Source: Minutocellus sp. GHC0000111
Lineage: Eukaryota
NCBI GenBank assembly: GCA_977018835.1
Contig: OZ361257.1
Location: 3,162,001 to 3,226,000 of the forward strand
Direction: 5' to 3'
Length of the DNA: 64,000 bases
Notes under the pieces: generated by a model
Told to the model about the DNA's origin: nothing
The model's database searches: none
What the model saw: only the letters and a program-made list of their open reading frames with translations
Translations under genes and position numbers: made by a program
In this document: in pieces, positions 46,267-57,068 of the stretch
How positions within the stretch are numbered: position 1 is the first letter of the stretch
Layout: the number at the start of each line of letters is the position of its first letter

Positions 46267-47773
46267 TATAGAGTGATTCCACGAGACCGCCGACAAAATC
46301 GCCGTAAATTGTAAGGCACTAGGAAATTTTTTTGTGCGATACTTTATGCAGCGCAAAAATGAACCCACTAAATGGCCTCTCTGAACACGGCGAAAGCAAG
46401 GAGAATTCATCTCCACAAGAAGGCCACCAAATGATGGTATAACGATAAATAACTCCAAGCCAACCGATGTATACGCCAACTACATGCGTTAGGTGAGTAT
46501 TGCATACTTGAAAGCAAACTCATTCGTACATCATGTGCTATTTTAGCAACATCTCCTCATGCCCAGAAATTTTCAATATTTTTTTACCCTCAAAATGGCA
46601 AAGAATGATGGCTGATGCTTGTCTACATCCATTTCAATCCTCCCTGACCGGCATTACTTTCACTTGGGTAATATTGGGAGCAAGTTTGCGCCAGAGGGTC
46701 GATATTGGGCCCCATCTTTGTATCATTGTGGCCGTCACCATGGAAAGCAAAAACATCTGAAAGTAGCAAATCCCCAACTACAACCCCCTTCAAGCCTCAA
46801 CCACTGTTCCTTCACGCAATATCAGCACGCACGATGCTCATTTTATATTACATCCATCGATCTCACGTGTTGGTTTGGCCGCTTTCTCCGGTTTCGTTCC
46901 TCTCGGGCGGCAGAAGCAATGAAGGTGAAATCTGGTGCCGACATCAGACACGGGACTTTGGGAATAGTTTTCTCTATGAATTGTCAAGAAATGCCACCAC
47001 CCCCCACTCAAATGCGCTTGGTATATATATGGGTGGAGCGTCGACGGCTCAGTGCAACGGAAGTGGTGCATGGACCGCATAAAAGCATCCGGACCAACTT
47101 TCGGATGGGTGGTGTAATGGGGGTGGTAATGGCGCTGGGCCACATTTCGCGGTACAGGCACGCACCGACGCACCGCTATCGCCCAAAAATCCCTTCCAGT
47201 AATATTCAGGAAGGCATCTAGGTGGTCAGAGTGTATGCGATGGCCGGGGTGGTGCTGTACATCGGGCGAACATGGTCGTGATGGAACGTCGGAAACTGTC
47301 GAAAAAATCGGGTCTAACGCGAACGAATTTTTCAAGGCTCAAAAAAGTAATTGCAAGTCTCCTGCTGCACCACAGTGTTGTGAAAGGCTATTACAAGGGT
47401 ATGGTGCCCCGTAGTCTTGATTGTTCTCAATGGGAGGTACGTCGGCGACACATGTTGTGGCCCCATTCGTTGAACGAAATGGGTTTTGTTTCGTTATAAA
47501 GTTTGATGTATTTTTTCTTTCTTGAAACAGCACAAGTGTATTCTACGACATAAAAATAAATTTTCAAACAATAGTGTACCAAAAGAAACACTCTAATACC
47601 GTATCTATATCATGTGCTAAAAGAGCACCAAGATCATTGTACCAACTTCCTTTTATTGTTGATTATGGTCTACAATACCCTTCTGAGTAAGGATCATCAA
47701 TAAAAGGAAGTTGGTACAATGTTTACGAAACATCGCGGAGGGGGTGTCTGCTCTCTCGTGAAATCACTCTATA
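46267..47773. mobile_element. Non-autonomous TIR DNA transposon (~1.5 kb), TA-flanked
   Basis: tatagagtgattccacgagaccgccgaca versus the reverse complement of the right end, tatagagtgatttcacgagagagcagaca (25/29). No recognisable protein inside. Confidence 0.7.
47635..47721. repeat. Hairpin: 29-bp inverted repeat (1 mismatch) with 29-nt spacer
   Basis: cattgtaccaacttccttttattgttgat / atcatcaataaaaggaagttggtacaatg. Confidence 0.9.
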
Positions 47774-49323
47774 GTATGATTTTTATGAATGAATGAATGA
47801 ATGAATGAATGAACACATGCATACTAGTACTCTAGCTACATGTACGTAGATCTAGTACATGCCGGACGGTACATGTGTGTGAAAGAAATGAATGGCAAGA
47901 GGGAGAGCGAGCGGCCGAGCGAGCGAGCGAGCCAACGATTTTTGTGACGAACATCCACGTCAGCACTTTCTGACTGCTGGCGTACGTCGCACTTCGCTCA
48001 ACAGTGCAAGCCAACAACAGCAAAACTCCCTCCGAAAGCACAAACGACTCCTGCGGAAGGAACTACCAGCGCCGGACCGCTGATAACAGCGGCAGACTGT
48101 CAGTTCCGTACCGCCACGACACGGAGGTCGAATTGTTCGCTCTCGCATTCTCAGCATCTGCGCATCTTTCGAAGGTACGTGCTCGTTCCGCCATCGCTGC
48201 TGCTCCACCAGCAGCAGGCGGTCCCATTTATTGCCCGCATAAGGCCTTTTGATTTCGGATTGATCTCAGAGAGAAAATATCGCCGTGCGATTCATTTAGC
48301 TCGGCGGGGGGGCGGGAGAATTTCAGTGGGGGGAAGGCGTCAGGTCTTGCAAGAGAAGCGTTGAGCCTGAAGGAAGCCGTCTCGCGTTGAGGCGCGCACC
48401 CTATCAAAAGCTCCACCAGCAGCCAGGAAGCAGGCCGGGCCCACATCACTTTGGTGCTGGTTCACATCGTCATCAGCAGAGGTCGATAAACGTGCTTCGA
48501 ATTGGGCGCCAACCATTGGCCTCCCCTAAATTCTCCGAGAGGAAAATTATTTTTGCGCGCCACTGGATACTTTTTTCCAGCACAAAGGCATAAATCGATC
48601 GCACAAGCGAAAGGCCCACCCAGTCGCCGCTACGTCTGCCTGCTTCGTGCAAAGGAGCTGAGGAGTCATATCGTTGCCATGCCCCGGTCTGCCGTCATGT
48701 CGCACCCCGTCACTCCCACGACGTAAGCAAAGCAAACTCTTTTTCGTTTTCTTTTTCGCCCCCCTCGCCGCCTCGTTCTGTGCTTTTGCTCGCTCGCTCC
48801 TCGGTTGTGGTGGTGGAAGATCATTCGTTTGTGCCCCGCCTCGAACCCGTCTTCCTCGGCAACACTTGCGCGGGCTTGGGATGGCTCATGGCGAGGGTGT
48901 TCATTGTATCTAAAAAAGCGAGTTGGGCCTTTGGTGTTGGTTGAGATATCAATGGGTCGACGTCAGGTTTTGCGGGCGTGGAAGCGTCGCAGGACTGTGA
49001 CACCTTCAGAGGAGGGATTCATTGGTCCCACCCGCACGAGTGGCGTGGAATTCTTTATGTGTATCCCTTTGCAGGCAGCTCCCTGCCTTGCTGGCGGGGG
49101 AAGTCAGCTACGTCAGTTCTGCTCTGTTCGGAGAGATGCAACGTGCTGCGTGGGAGAACGTCGGGATTTCGGGATCGCTTCCCTTTCTCTTATGTGATAT
49201 GCCCTCATCGATGCATATCCCCTCTTTCTCTGATCACAACACATGACACTGGCCAACTAAATTGACTAATCTTTCTTCTCCTCGCTCTTTACAAATCCAT
49301 TGCACCCATTCAAAAATAAATCA

Positions 49324-52300
49324 ATGATGAACAGTCGAGCCAATACTCGCTCGAAAAAGATCAAACGAGACCCGCCCCCAACGACTGGCGCAGCTGCTAC
49401 CAGTACCGAAGATCCCCCCTCTGCGACGGTGTCCGCTACTGTTTCGTTTGCTACTCCCGACCGGGCTGATGGTGTTACTGCAGGGGTAGTAGGGGACGAG
49501 GCAACTTCAGCTTCCTCCGGAGCCGGAGCTGTTGCAGGAGGGACCACGACCAGTACCAGAACGCGATCGGGTCGGAGCCTGTCAACCGAACCTTTGGGTA
49601 AGAGTACCAAGAACCGCGTTAGCGACGAGAAGGACATGGCGACTCCCGTCGCAGCCCCGACTCCAAAGGCTCCTGCAACTGTCACTCCCCCCGATGATAA
49701 GGCCAACAACGCTCCTCCAAGTTCCGGTGTCTCTGGCGCCGGACCAACGATCACCGAACAGGAGCAGCCTCCCGTTGTGGCGCCCGACGGTGCCGGTGGT
49801 TCGACCTCAGCGACGACAAAGGCAGCGTCTCCTCCTACCGTCGATGCCAAGGAGGCGAATGTGGTCGACCCCAATGAACCTCATCTGTCGCCAGGTGCCA
49901 AGCGCTTCGGGTTGAGGAAACGCAAATCCAAATCTCCTAGTCCTGTTGCAGCAGACGACGCCTCTCATGATGCCACAACTTCGAGAAGCAGAGACCAACA
50001 AGCCCCCAGAAGTCCTCGGCCATCTCCCGCCGCCGCGGCTGCTGCGGCGGCCGCGGCTGCTGTATCTTCTGCTGCCGCCACCAGTGGCTCAACCACGTCA
50101 TCGCGAAATGTGACATTCTCCCCGGTTCCTCCCCAGCAGCATCACTATGCTGGAGGCAGTACTGCGACAAGTGGCGCCAGTGGGGGTGCCAAGCCATTGC
50201 CAACCCTTCATGAGGGCGAGATGTCGGCAACCTCAACCGTATCAGTTCCGTCTAATTCTTCAGATGGCGGTAAGAAGAAAACGGGGGGAGGTGGAAAGTT
50301 TGCCGCTGGCACCAAGTCATCTTCGAAGGATAAGGGCGGAGAAACGGGCAAGGAGAGGGGAGGCAGGGCTACTCCCACCAACTTCGCCACAGACTTCGGC
50401 AAGTCCATCAATTCGCCCTCGTTCCAGACCGGCGAGGGAGGTAAGCCAAATGCAGTTTCGACGGGACCGTAAAACACCCCTTTCTCTCGTGACGTATACA
50501 AACTTTGTGTCTTTATCCGGGACCTTCTTTAGCTATTTCCCTTCTAACCCAACTTACATCTTTTTACATTATGTGATACTTCTTTCACAGTCTTTTCATG
50601 GCTTCAATCACCCACTGGTATGTTTTCCCCAGGGGGATATGTTGCCTCAGCCGTGAATACGCCCCGAGAATACTACGGTGCTGGACCTCGGACGCCAAGA
50701 ACACCGAGCGATCGCGCTGGCTTCTTCTTCTCCGACGTCGCCGGACTTCCATCTGGCGCCGAAGGATACTCCCCGCGCATCTCGGGTAGGAGACAGCCGC
50801 AGCATCCGTTGTCAAATCTCATCTGTGTTTCCCCTTTGGCCACCAACAAGAGTAAACCTGGCACACCAATCAATTACAAGAACATCTTTGATTCCCCTCA
50901 TGGTCGACACGCTACCGCAGGTGCAGGAGGTAGGGCGGCGCCTTATATGGGTAGCAGGAGCGGGAAGAAGGGAAAGAAGTCAGCAGATGCGACGACCCTT
51001 GAGGCGGTGCACATGGCCGAGCGGGATCTTATGGAGGACGAAGACCTCAGCGTTTGGCTTCAGCTTGCATCGGCGGCGACCCCGCGAGGCCATCCAGCAC
51101 ATGCTCGATATGGCCAAATGGCTGGAGAGGCACCGTCCAACTTGCAGCTACCCGTAATCGGGAAGGGCGGTCCGGCCCACGCGGGTGGTTCGCCATCAAA
51201 GCTCGTGGCGAGAAAGGATGCACTCGGTAGTGCCGCACGGCATCCCGGCCAGCCTCGACACGCAGAGCATTTTCGGCCACCCGCTCTTCCTTCGGGGTCT
51301 GGGCCTGGCGCAAAGGGTGGCGCTTCTTCGACCAAGATGTCGACAAAGGGGGAGAAGAAAACACCGAGCCCGACGGCTGGCGAACCGGGATCGCGGCCTG
51401 CCGGTCCAGGTGGAGAATATATGCACGGATATCACCCGTACCATCCAGGAGCCCACCCAGCATTTATGGGTCACCATCCGATGGGACCCCCCGGCGGCTG
51501 GAAGCCCGGTGCTGGCCCACCACCACCCCATGCCCGCGGGCCGCCTCCGTACGGTGCTCCTCCTCCTCCAGGTAGCGGTTCGAAAGAGAAAGGATCAAGT
51601 GCTCCACACCGCCCCATGTACCATCCCAACTTCCCTCCTCATATGGCGTATCATATGATGCATTTCCCACCTCAACCAAATGCTCGGCATCCGATGAATG
51701 CTGCCGCCTATGGTTCGCCGCCGAAGACGAAGGAAGGAAGCAGCCCCAACTCCAAGGGCAACGGCAGTGGAAAGGGCAGCGGTGCCAACAGTCCAAATGC
51801 AAGTTCACCTTCCAGGTCTTCCCCGAAGGCTGCGTCCAAGTCAAAGGAAAAGTCCAAGTCAGCGACTGCAACGAAGAGAAAGAGCGCAAGTGGAAGCCAG
51901 CCCACACCTACTTCGACCAAGAAGAGCAAACCAAGCTCACCCAAGAAGAAGAGCAAGTCGGCACGGAAGACGGGGGGTCAGGCTTCCAGCACCGGCGGGA
52001 TCGGCGGCGGCAGCACAAATTCAGCCGATCGGCAAAAGTCGACGAAATCTGCCGCAGCCATCACCGCCATTGCCGGGGGCAAGAACAAGGAGGCTGCCGC
52101 CCTTGCTGCCGCTATTCTGCGTGGCGTTACCATGCGCCCCTCGGGCAAGTGGCAGGCGCAGATGTACTTTGCGGGCAAATCACGATATATTGGTGTCTTT
52201 GACACTCGAGAGAAGGCCGCCCTGGCATACGAAATCGCCAGAGCGAAGCTCCAGAAGGCCAAGGCCAACAACAACAACACAGAAGATGCAGTGAACGAGG

Positions 52301-52353
52301 CTAGACGCGCCGCCTTTGACGGAGTTAACGAAAAGGACCCAAGGCGGAAGTGA
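49324..52353 (+). CDS. AP2/ERF-domain transcription factor; intron 50441-50590
   Basis: C-terminal RGVTMRPSGKWQAQMYFAGKSRYIGVFDTREKAALAYE AP2 domain. The GTAAGC...CACAG intron joins the two ORFs in frame. Confidence 0.88.
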
Positions 52354-53157
52354 AGATGTTATTGATTTTTCCCGCCTCTGACTCTTTCGGACCAGTGGCC
52401 GTACAGATGCATTCAGTAAAAAAAGATGGCAAGTGACAACGATGAAACTTACTACGGTGCCCACCAGCCACAAGTCAAGTCAAGTCAAGTCATCAAGTCA
52501 TTCGAACAGTTGTAATAGGAATGTAAATAGTAGCAAGTAGATCAAATTCAATTTAACGTCCGAATTCATTTTGAATTTGCTACCGGTTTTGTAGGTCCAT
52601 CCATCATTTCCCTCTACCGGTGGATTCGCATGTGAGAGGACATGTACCGGTACACATAGATCTACCCTGAACCGGTCTTTATTTTACCGGGACCGCCATT
52701 GATGATGATAGGAAGGCTATCGATCGAAAACTGCATGATCTCAAATCCGGGTCCTCAAAAACCGTCATTTTGACCGGCCGCAGGAAGAAACGGCACAAAG
52801 CCTCGCAGCTCGCAGCCAGTCCAGCGGCCAGCTGTGCTGTACTATTTCACGCAATACTGCGTAGTAGTAGCAGGCATAAAAGTCATCAGCCAGTCTGAGC
52901 CGAGGCGTCGAAGGGTATTGCAGTCAGCGAAAATAGGTTGCTGCATCTTTCTATTTCTTCACTACACGTCGTGTCTCCTGCCTGATTTTCTGGTGCCGTC
53001 AGATTGACTGCAACATCGCATCGCACGTTCCAACACTTAACTTGTCGCTCGACTGGCTCGTGAAGAGGAGATACGTTTGCTCGGTACAACAAACCAACAT
53101 ACTCCTTGCGGCCGAGCATTTGGAACCATCGTGCTACGTAGTTAGTAGAAATTTCTA

Positions 53158-56100
53158 ATGGAACATTTAGATGACGACGATGCGTGGGCTGACGCCGATA
53201 TTGATGCCGAGCGTTATGCCCGCTTTGTGCGTGAGGGTACTAGTACGGTTGGTGGTCGCTGCGCTATTGTTGGAGAGACGACGGAAAATGCTGATCTGTC
53301 GTTACAGGCATTAGTCAGCACCGCCCCAGCTGATATGGCTGGAAGCACCAGCAGTGATGAGGGGAACGACGTAGTTACAGATGATGTAATGGATAGTGAG
53401 AATGTCACCAGCACGTTGGTCGCAACTCCCGCTTCTTCGTCGACATTGCAGCTCTCTCAAGAGGAGGCTCCCAGCTTTGTATCGCCTCTCCCGCCCATGA
53501 CATCGACAGTGAGAGCAGGACCAACATCTTCAAGTGTCCACCATGATGAATCGGAAGTTAAGAGACAAAGAATAGATGGTGGCCAAGCAAGCATTGAACA
53601 GCAAGAAGAGAAAAAGGAAGGTGTCGGCCCCTCGGATGAAGTGCAAGGATCGGACTTTGGTCAGCTTGGACTTGTCAATGAGACCATAATTGAAGAAGAT
53701 TCCGAGGACGCGGAGGATACCGATGACGACAATGGCGATGCAGATGAGAGTGTTGACAGGGATTTATCAAGTCCGTTGGTAACGCGTTCTGGCCATTGCA
53801 ATACTGTGGGCGATGCTAACGCAAATGCTAATGCTGATGCCGATATGGCGTACCGAGAAGGCAGCCTTCAGGATATCGATCTATCGCCATCACCTAGTCC
53901 ACTGCATGAAGTCAATGGTGATGGCAGGTTAGATCGATCGAGATCGCGCACAGTACTAGTAGGTCCACCGGATACATTGCAAAGCCCCAATCAGATTTCT
54001 TACAGAAGGGCTGGCGGAGACGATCCGCCCGCACCGATACGGTTTGGAACTTTCATCAATAAGCACATACTTCGAGCTAGGCAGCTGTTCAAGCGTGGTT
54101 CACGGGCCAAAGATGCGGACGGCGGAGGGAGTATTGCGGATACGGTCAAGTACGACCCGGCCACTGGAAGTCTTCTCCCTACTAGTGGTGATGCTGGTGC
54201 TTCAACAATGCATGCATCGGATTTGCGTCGGCGTAAGTCACGCATCCGGCAGTACTGCGAACGGACCGAATATGGTCGATCTATTTTGCGCTCGACATTG
54301 ACAGTCATGCATTTTCTTGGGCGGTTGCTGCTTTGGACTTCGATTGTTGCCATGGTGGTGATGATCATTTACTATTCACATGAGCTGAAACAAAATGGAA
54401 CTGACCCACATCTAATTGCGTGGTTCTCTGCCGGTGCTTTTGTTTTACTTGGCTTCCCTATATCCATCTACGGCATCTTTACCCACCTCAGCAACTACTA
54501 CCAGCCTCATATCCAGTGCTATGTTGTTCGGATTCTTTGGATGGTCCCCATATACTCGATCGAGTCCTGGTTATGTCTTCGATTCCACACATATGCGATC
54601 TACATCGAAACTTTACGTGATTGCTACGAATCGTTCGTCCTTTACAGCTTCTTTCAGTTTTTGATACAAGTCCTCGGAGGTGAGGAGCAGCTTGTATTGA
54701 TGCTGAAAGACAAATCCCCAACCAGAGGGGTTCATATATGGGGATTCGATTGGTGCATCAAACCGTGGCTTATGGGACAGCCGGTAAGTCGGACATATGT
54801 TGTGGCTCAGTCCGACCTTGGTGAAGATGCCACAGCAGCACAATCAACAGCAGCAACAGGCGGAGTAGGCGGATCAAAGGCACCTCGAACGATCAAGCAA
54901 GTTCGATGGACGTCACCATTTTTGGTCAAGTGCAAGCGCGGGATTTTGCAGTACGTCGTCCTTAAATTTGTATGCTCTGTATCAGCGATGCTCTTGGAAG
55001 TGTTGGGGTGGTATCACGAGGGTAGTTTTAGCCCCAAGTATGGTTACTTCTACATTTGCCTTTTGACCAATTTTTCGCAGTGCTGGGCGCTCTACTGTCT
55101 GGTGTTCTTCTACTATGCAACGAAAAATGAACTTGGGCCAATCCGACCGGTTGGGAAGTTTCTAAGTGTCAAGGCCCTTGTCTTCTTCACGTGGTGGCAA
55201 TCCGTCGGCATTTCGATCCTGTTTCAGATGGGCATGATTCCGCACTACAGCTTTGCCGAAGGCGATGGAAATGGAGACGGGGAGGACAGCAATTTAGATT
55301 GGACCGCAGAAGACGTTGCCAAGGGACTTCAAGACTATTTGATTTGTATCGAGATGTTTGGCGCGGCGATCTTGCACACATTCGTTTTCCCACACACGGA
55401 CTATCTTCAACCGATTGGCATCGCCGGCACGCCGACACAAAGGGCGTATTCGTCGCATGTTCCGGGCGGAATGCCGCGAACTGGAAAGAGGTTGGGTCGA
55501 AAGGGCAAGGTGTTCTGGAACGGGACTGCCTACACTGTGCACCGTGACGACCGAAGTGTTTGTAGCAAATCGAGCTCCATTGCACCAGATCAGTTTGATC
55601 TCGAGCTGGGTCCGGTACCGCCATCATCGGCGTTTGCCCCTTCCGCCGCTGTGATGGACGATGGTGAAGGTAATAATGCCACGCGCATTGCTCTATCATC
55701 AGATGAAGAGGACGATGTTATACCACGCCGAGCAAGCACAGGAAATACCTCTCAAATACGAGTAGCCGAACAAGACCGCGCTAGAGAAGAGAATGGTGGG
55801 GGCCATGGTCCTCTCTCGTCTGCCCCCGTCAGTGGGAGCAGCGGCATGGGTAGCTACGGCCAACACTCAGCACCGCCACAGCAGCATCCAACGCAGCCAA
55901 AGGGATTCGTGCACGCTTTCCTCGATAGTACTCTACCAAAGGATGTGTTGGACGAATCAGTCGGCTATCTCAGAGGTAATATGGCAGTCGAGAAGAAGAC
56001 GTTGTTAAGCCACGCGGCCACCTCAGATGAATACGATTTGTTTTCCAAGAGCTCTTCGAGGAGAAAACCGAGCATGACCGCGAGCATGGGAAGGTCCCGA

Positions 56101-56187
56101 AGAGCTACACCAAACAAGACGATCTTCCCCAAGAATATTGGCTACCCCGGTGTCCCGGTCATGAAATCAGTAAAAGAGCAAGATTGA
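53158..56187 (+). CDS. TMEM184: TMEM184 / organic solute transporter alpha family membrane protein
   Basis: RILWMVPIYSIESWL, RDCYESFVLYSFF, GILQYV, KFLSVKALVFFTWWQ and LQDYLICIEMF motifs. Confidence 0.92.
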   Translation: MEHLDDDDAWADADIDAERYARFVREGTSTVGGRCAIVGETTENADLSLQALVSTAPADMAGSTSSDEGNDVVTDDVMDSENVTSTLVATPASSSTLQLSQEEAPSFVSPLPPMTSTVRAGPTSSSVHHDESEVKRQRIDGGQASIEQQEEKKEGVGPSDEVQGSDFGQLGLVNETIIEEDSEDAEDTDDDNGDADESVDRDLSSPLVTRSGHCNTVGDANANANADADMAYREGSLQDIDLSPSPSPLHEVNGDGRLDRSRSRTVLVGPPDTLQSPNQISYRRAGGDDPPAPIRFGTFINKHILRARQLFKRGSRAKDADGGGSIADTVKYDPATGSLLPTSGDAGASTMHASDLRRRKSRIRQYCERTEYGRSILRSTLTVMHFLGRLLLWTSIVAMVVMIIYYSHELKQNGTDPHLIAWFSAGAFVLLGFPISIYGIFTHLSNYYQPHIQCYVVRILWMVPIYSIESWLCLRFHTYAIYIETLRDCYESFVLYSFFQFLIQVLGGEEQLVLMLKDKSPTRGVHIWGFDWCIKPWLMGQPVSRTYVVAQSDLGEDATAAQSTAATGGVGGSKAPRTIKQVRWTSPFLVKCKRGILQYVVLKFVCSVSAMLLEVLGWYHEGSFSPKYGYFYICLLTNFSQCWALYCLVFFYYATKNELGPIRPVGKFLSVKALVFFTWWQSVGISILFQMGMIPHYSFAEGDGNGDGEDSNLDWTAEDVAKGLQDYLICIEMFGAAILHTFVFPHTDYLQPIGIAGTPTQRAYSSHVPGGMPRTGKRLGRKGKVFWNGTAYTVHRDDRSVCSKSSSIAPDQFDLELGPVPPSSAFAPSAAVMDDGEGNNATRIALSSDEEDDVIPRRASTGNTSQIRVAEQDRAREENGGGHGPLSSAPVSGSSGMGSYGQHSAPPQQHPTQPKGFVHAFLDSTLPKDVLDESVGYLRGNMAVEKKTLLSHAATSDEYDLFSKSSSRRKPSMTASMGRSRRATPNKTIFPKNIGYPGVPVMKSVKEQD

Positions 56188-56645
56188 TTCAGCATTTCTA
56201 GTGCTTCCTTTGTCAGATCGCATGCAGAGGCTATCACGAAAGATATATTCGAAAGTATATATCTAGATCTACTGCATCGTAATCTAGCTACGTAGATCTA
56301 CGTAGCTTCATTAATCAAGTGCAGTTACATGTGCCTAGAATTCTGGTTTAAATCGATACGATACAGGTCTCTTGTGTCTATGAACAGCAATACTGGCCCA
56401 AGGAGACGGCAGACAGAGGCTACACAATAAGCATATTCCATCTATCTTCGAAAAGCAATGGAATTGAATATGCCTTCTATCACCACCCCATGCCTGCATT
56501 TCCGCCTGCATTCACTTTTCCGGTTGGGCTGCACGTCCGAACCGAGGGTTGTCGCCAGTCAAACAAACTATCGACCCGATTTTCCCTCTTCATTCTCCAA
56601 TAGCACACCGCCTCCCGGAGCGCTCAAAAGACACCTCTCTCCCTC

Positions 56646-56843
56646 TTATTTAATTTTTGCTTCGTTGAATAACACACGCCGCTTGACGATGGGATCGTAC
56701 TTGACAAAGGCCAGCTTCTCCGGATTGCGCGACACATTCTTCCGAGTGGTGTAAAAGAAACCTGTGCCAACGGAACTGAGTAGCTTTATTGGGATTGTTT
56801 TCCCCTTCCCCCGGGCCATTGACATCATCCTTGTGGCGTGCAT
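56646..56843 (-). CDS. rpl33: Bacterial-type ribosomal protein bL33, probably mitochondrial; start uncertain
   Basis: IKLLSSVGTGFFYTTRKN...KLAFVKYDPIVKRRVLFNEAKIK. Confidence 0.9.
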   Translation of the reverse strand: MHATRMMSMARGKGKTIPIKLLSSVGTGFFYTTRKNVSRNPEKLAFVKYDPIVKRRVLFNEAKIK

Positions 56844-57068
56844 GGTGCCACAAGCGCTGGTATACTCGTAGTCTCAGCCAGTAAGTAATAAGGCCAGGAG
56901 GCGTTGCGACGCACATCGGCGCCCGAACGATCGCCGGCCAGACCGTTATGAGGCAGATGCTCGCACTGTGCTCGATCACATCACGCCATCAGCTGATGAT
57001 ACCTTTGCCTTCGTGCCTCCGCTCTCTCGTCACATACCATTGGTAGCAATCTACCGTTATTAACCAGG

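Noticed and set aside
46619..47335. 200-aa and 165-aa ORFs inside the TIR element as a transposase
   Set aside because: No DDE or HTH motifs, and the composition is not protein-like.
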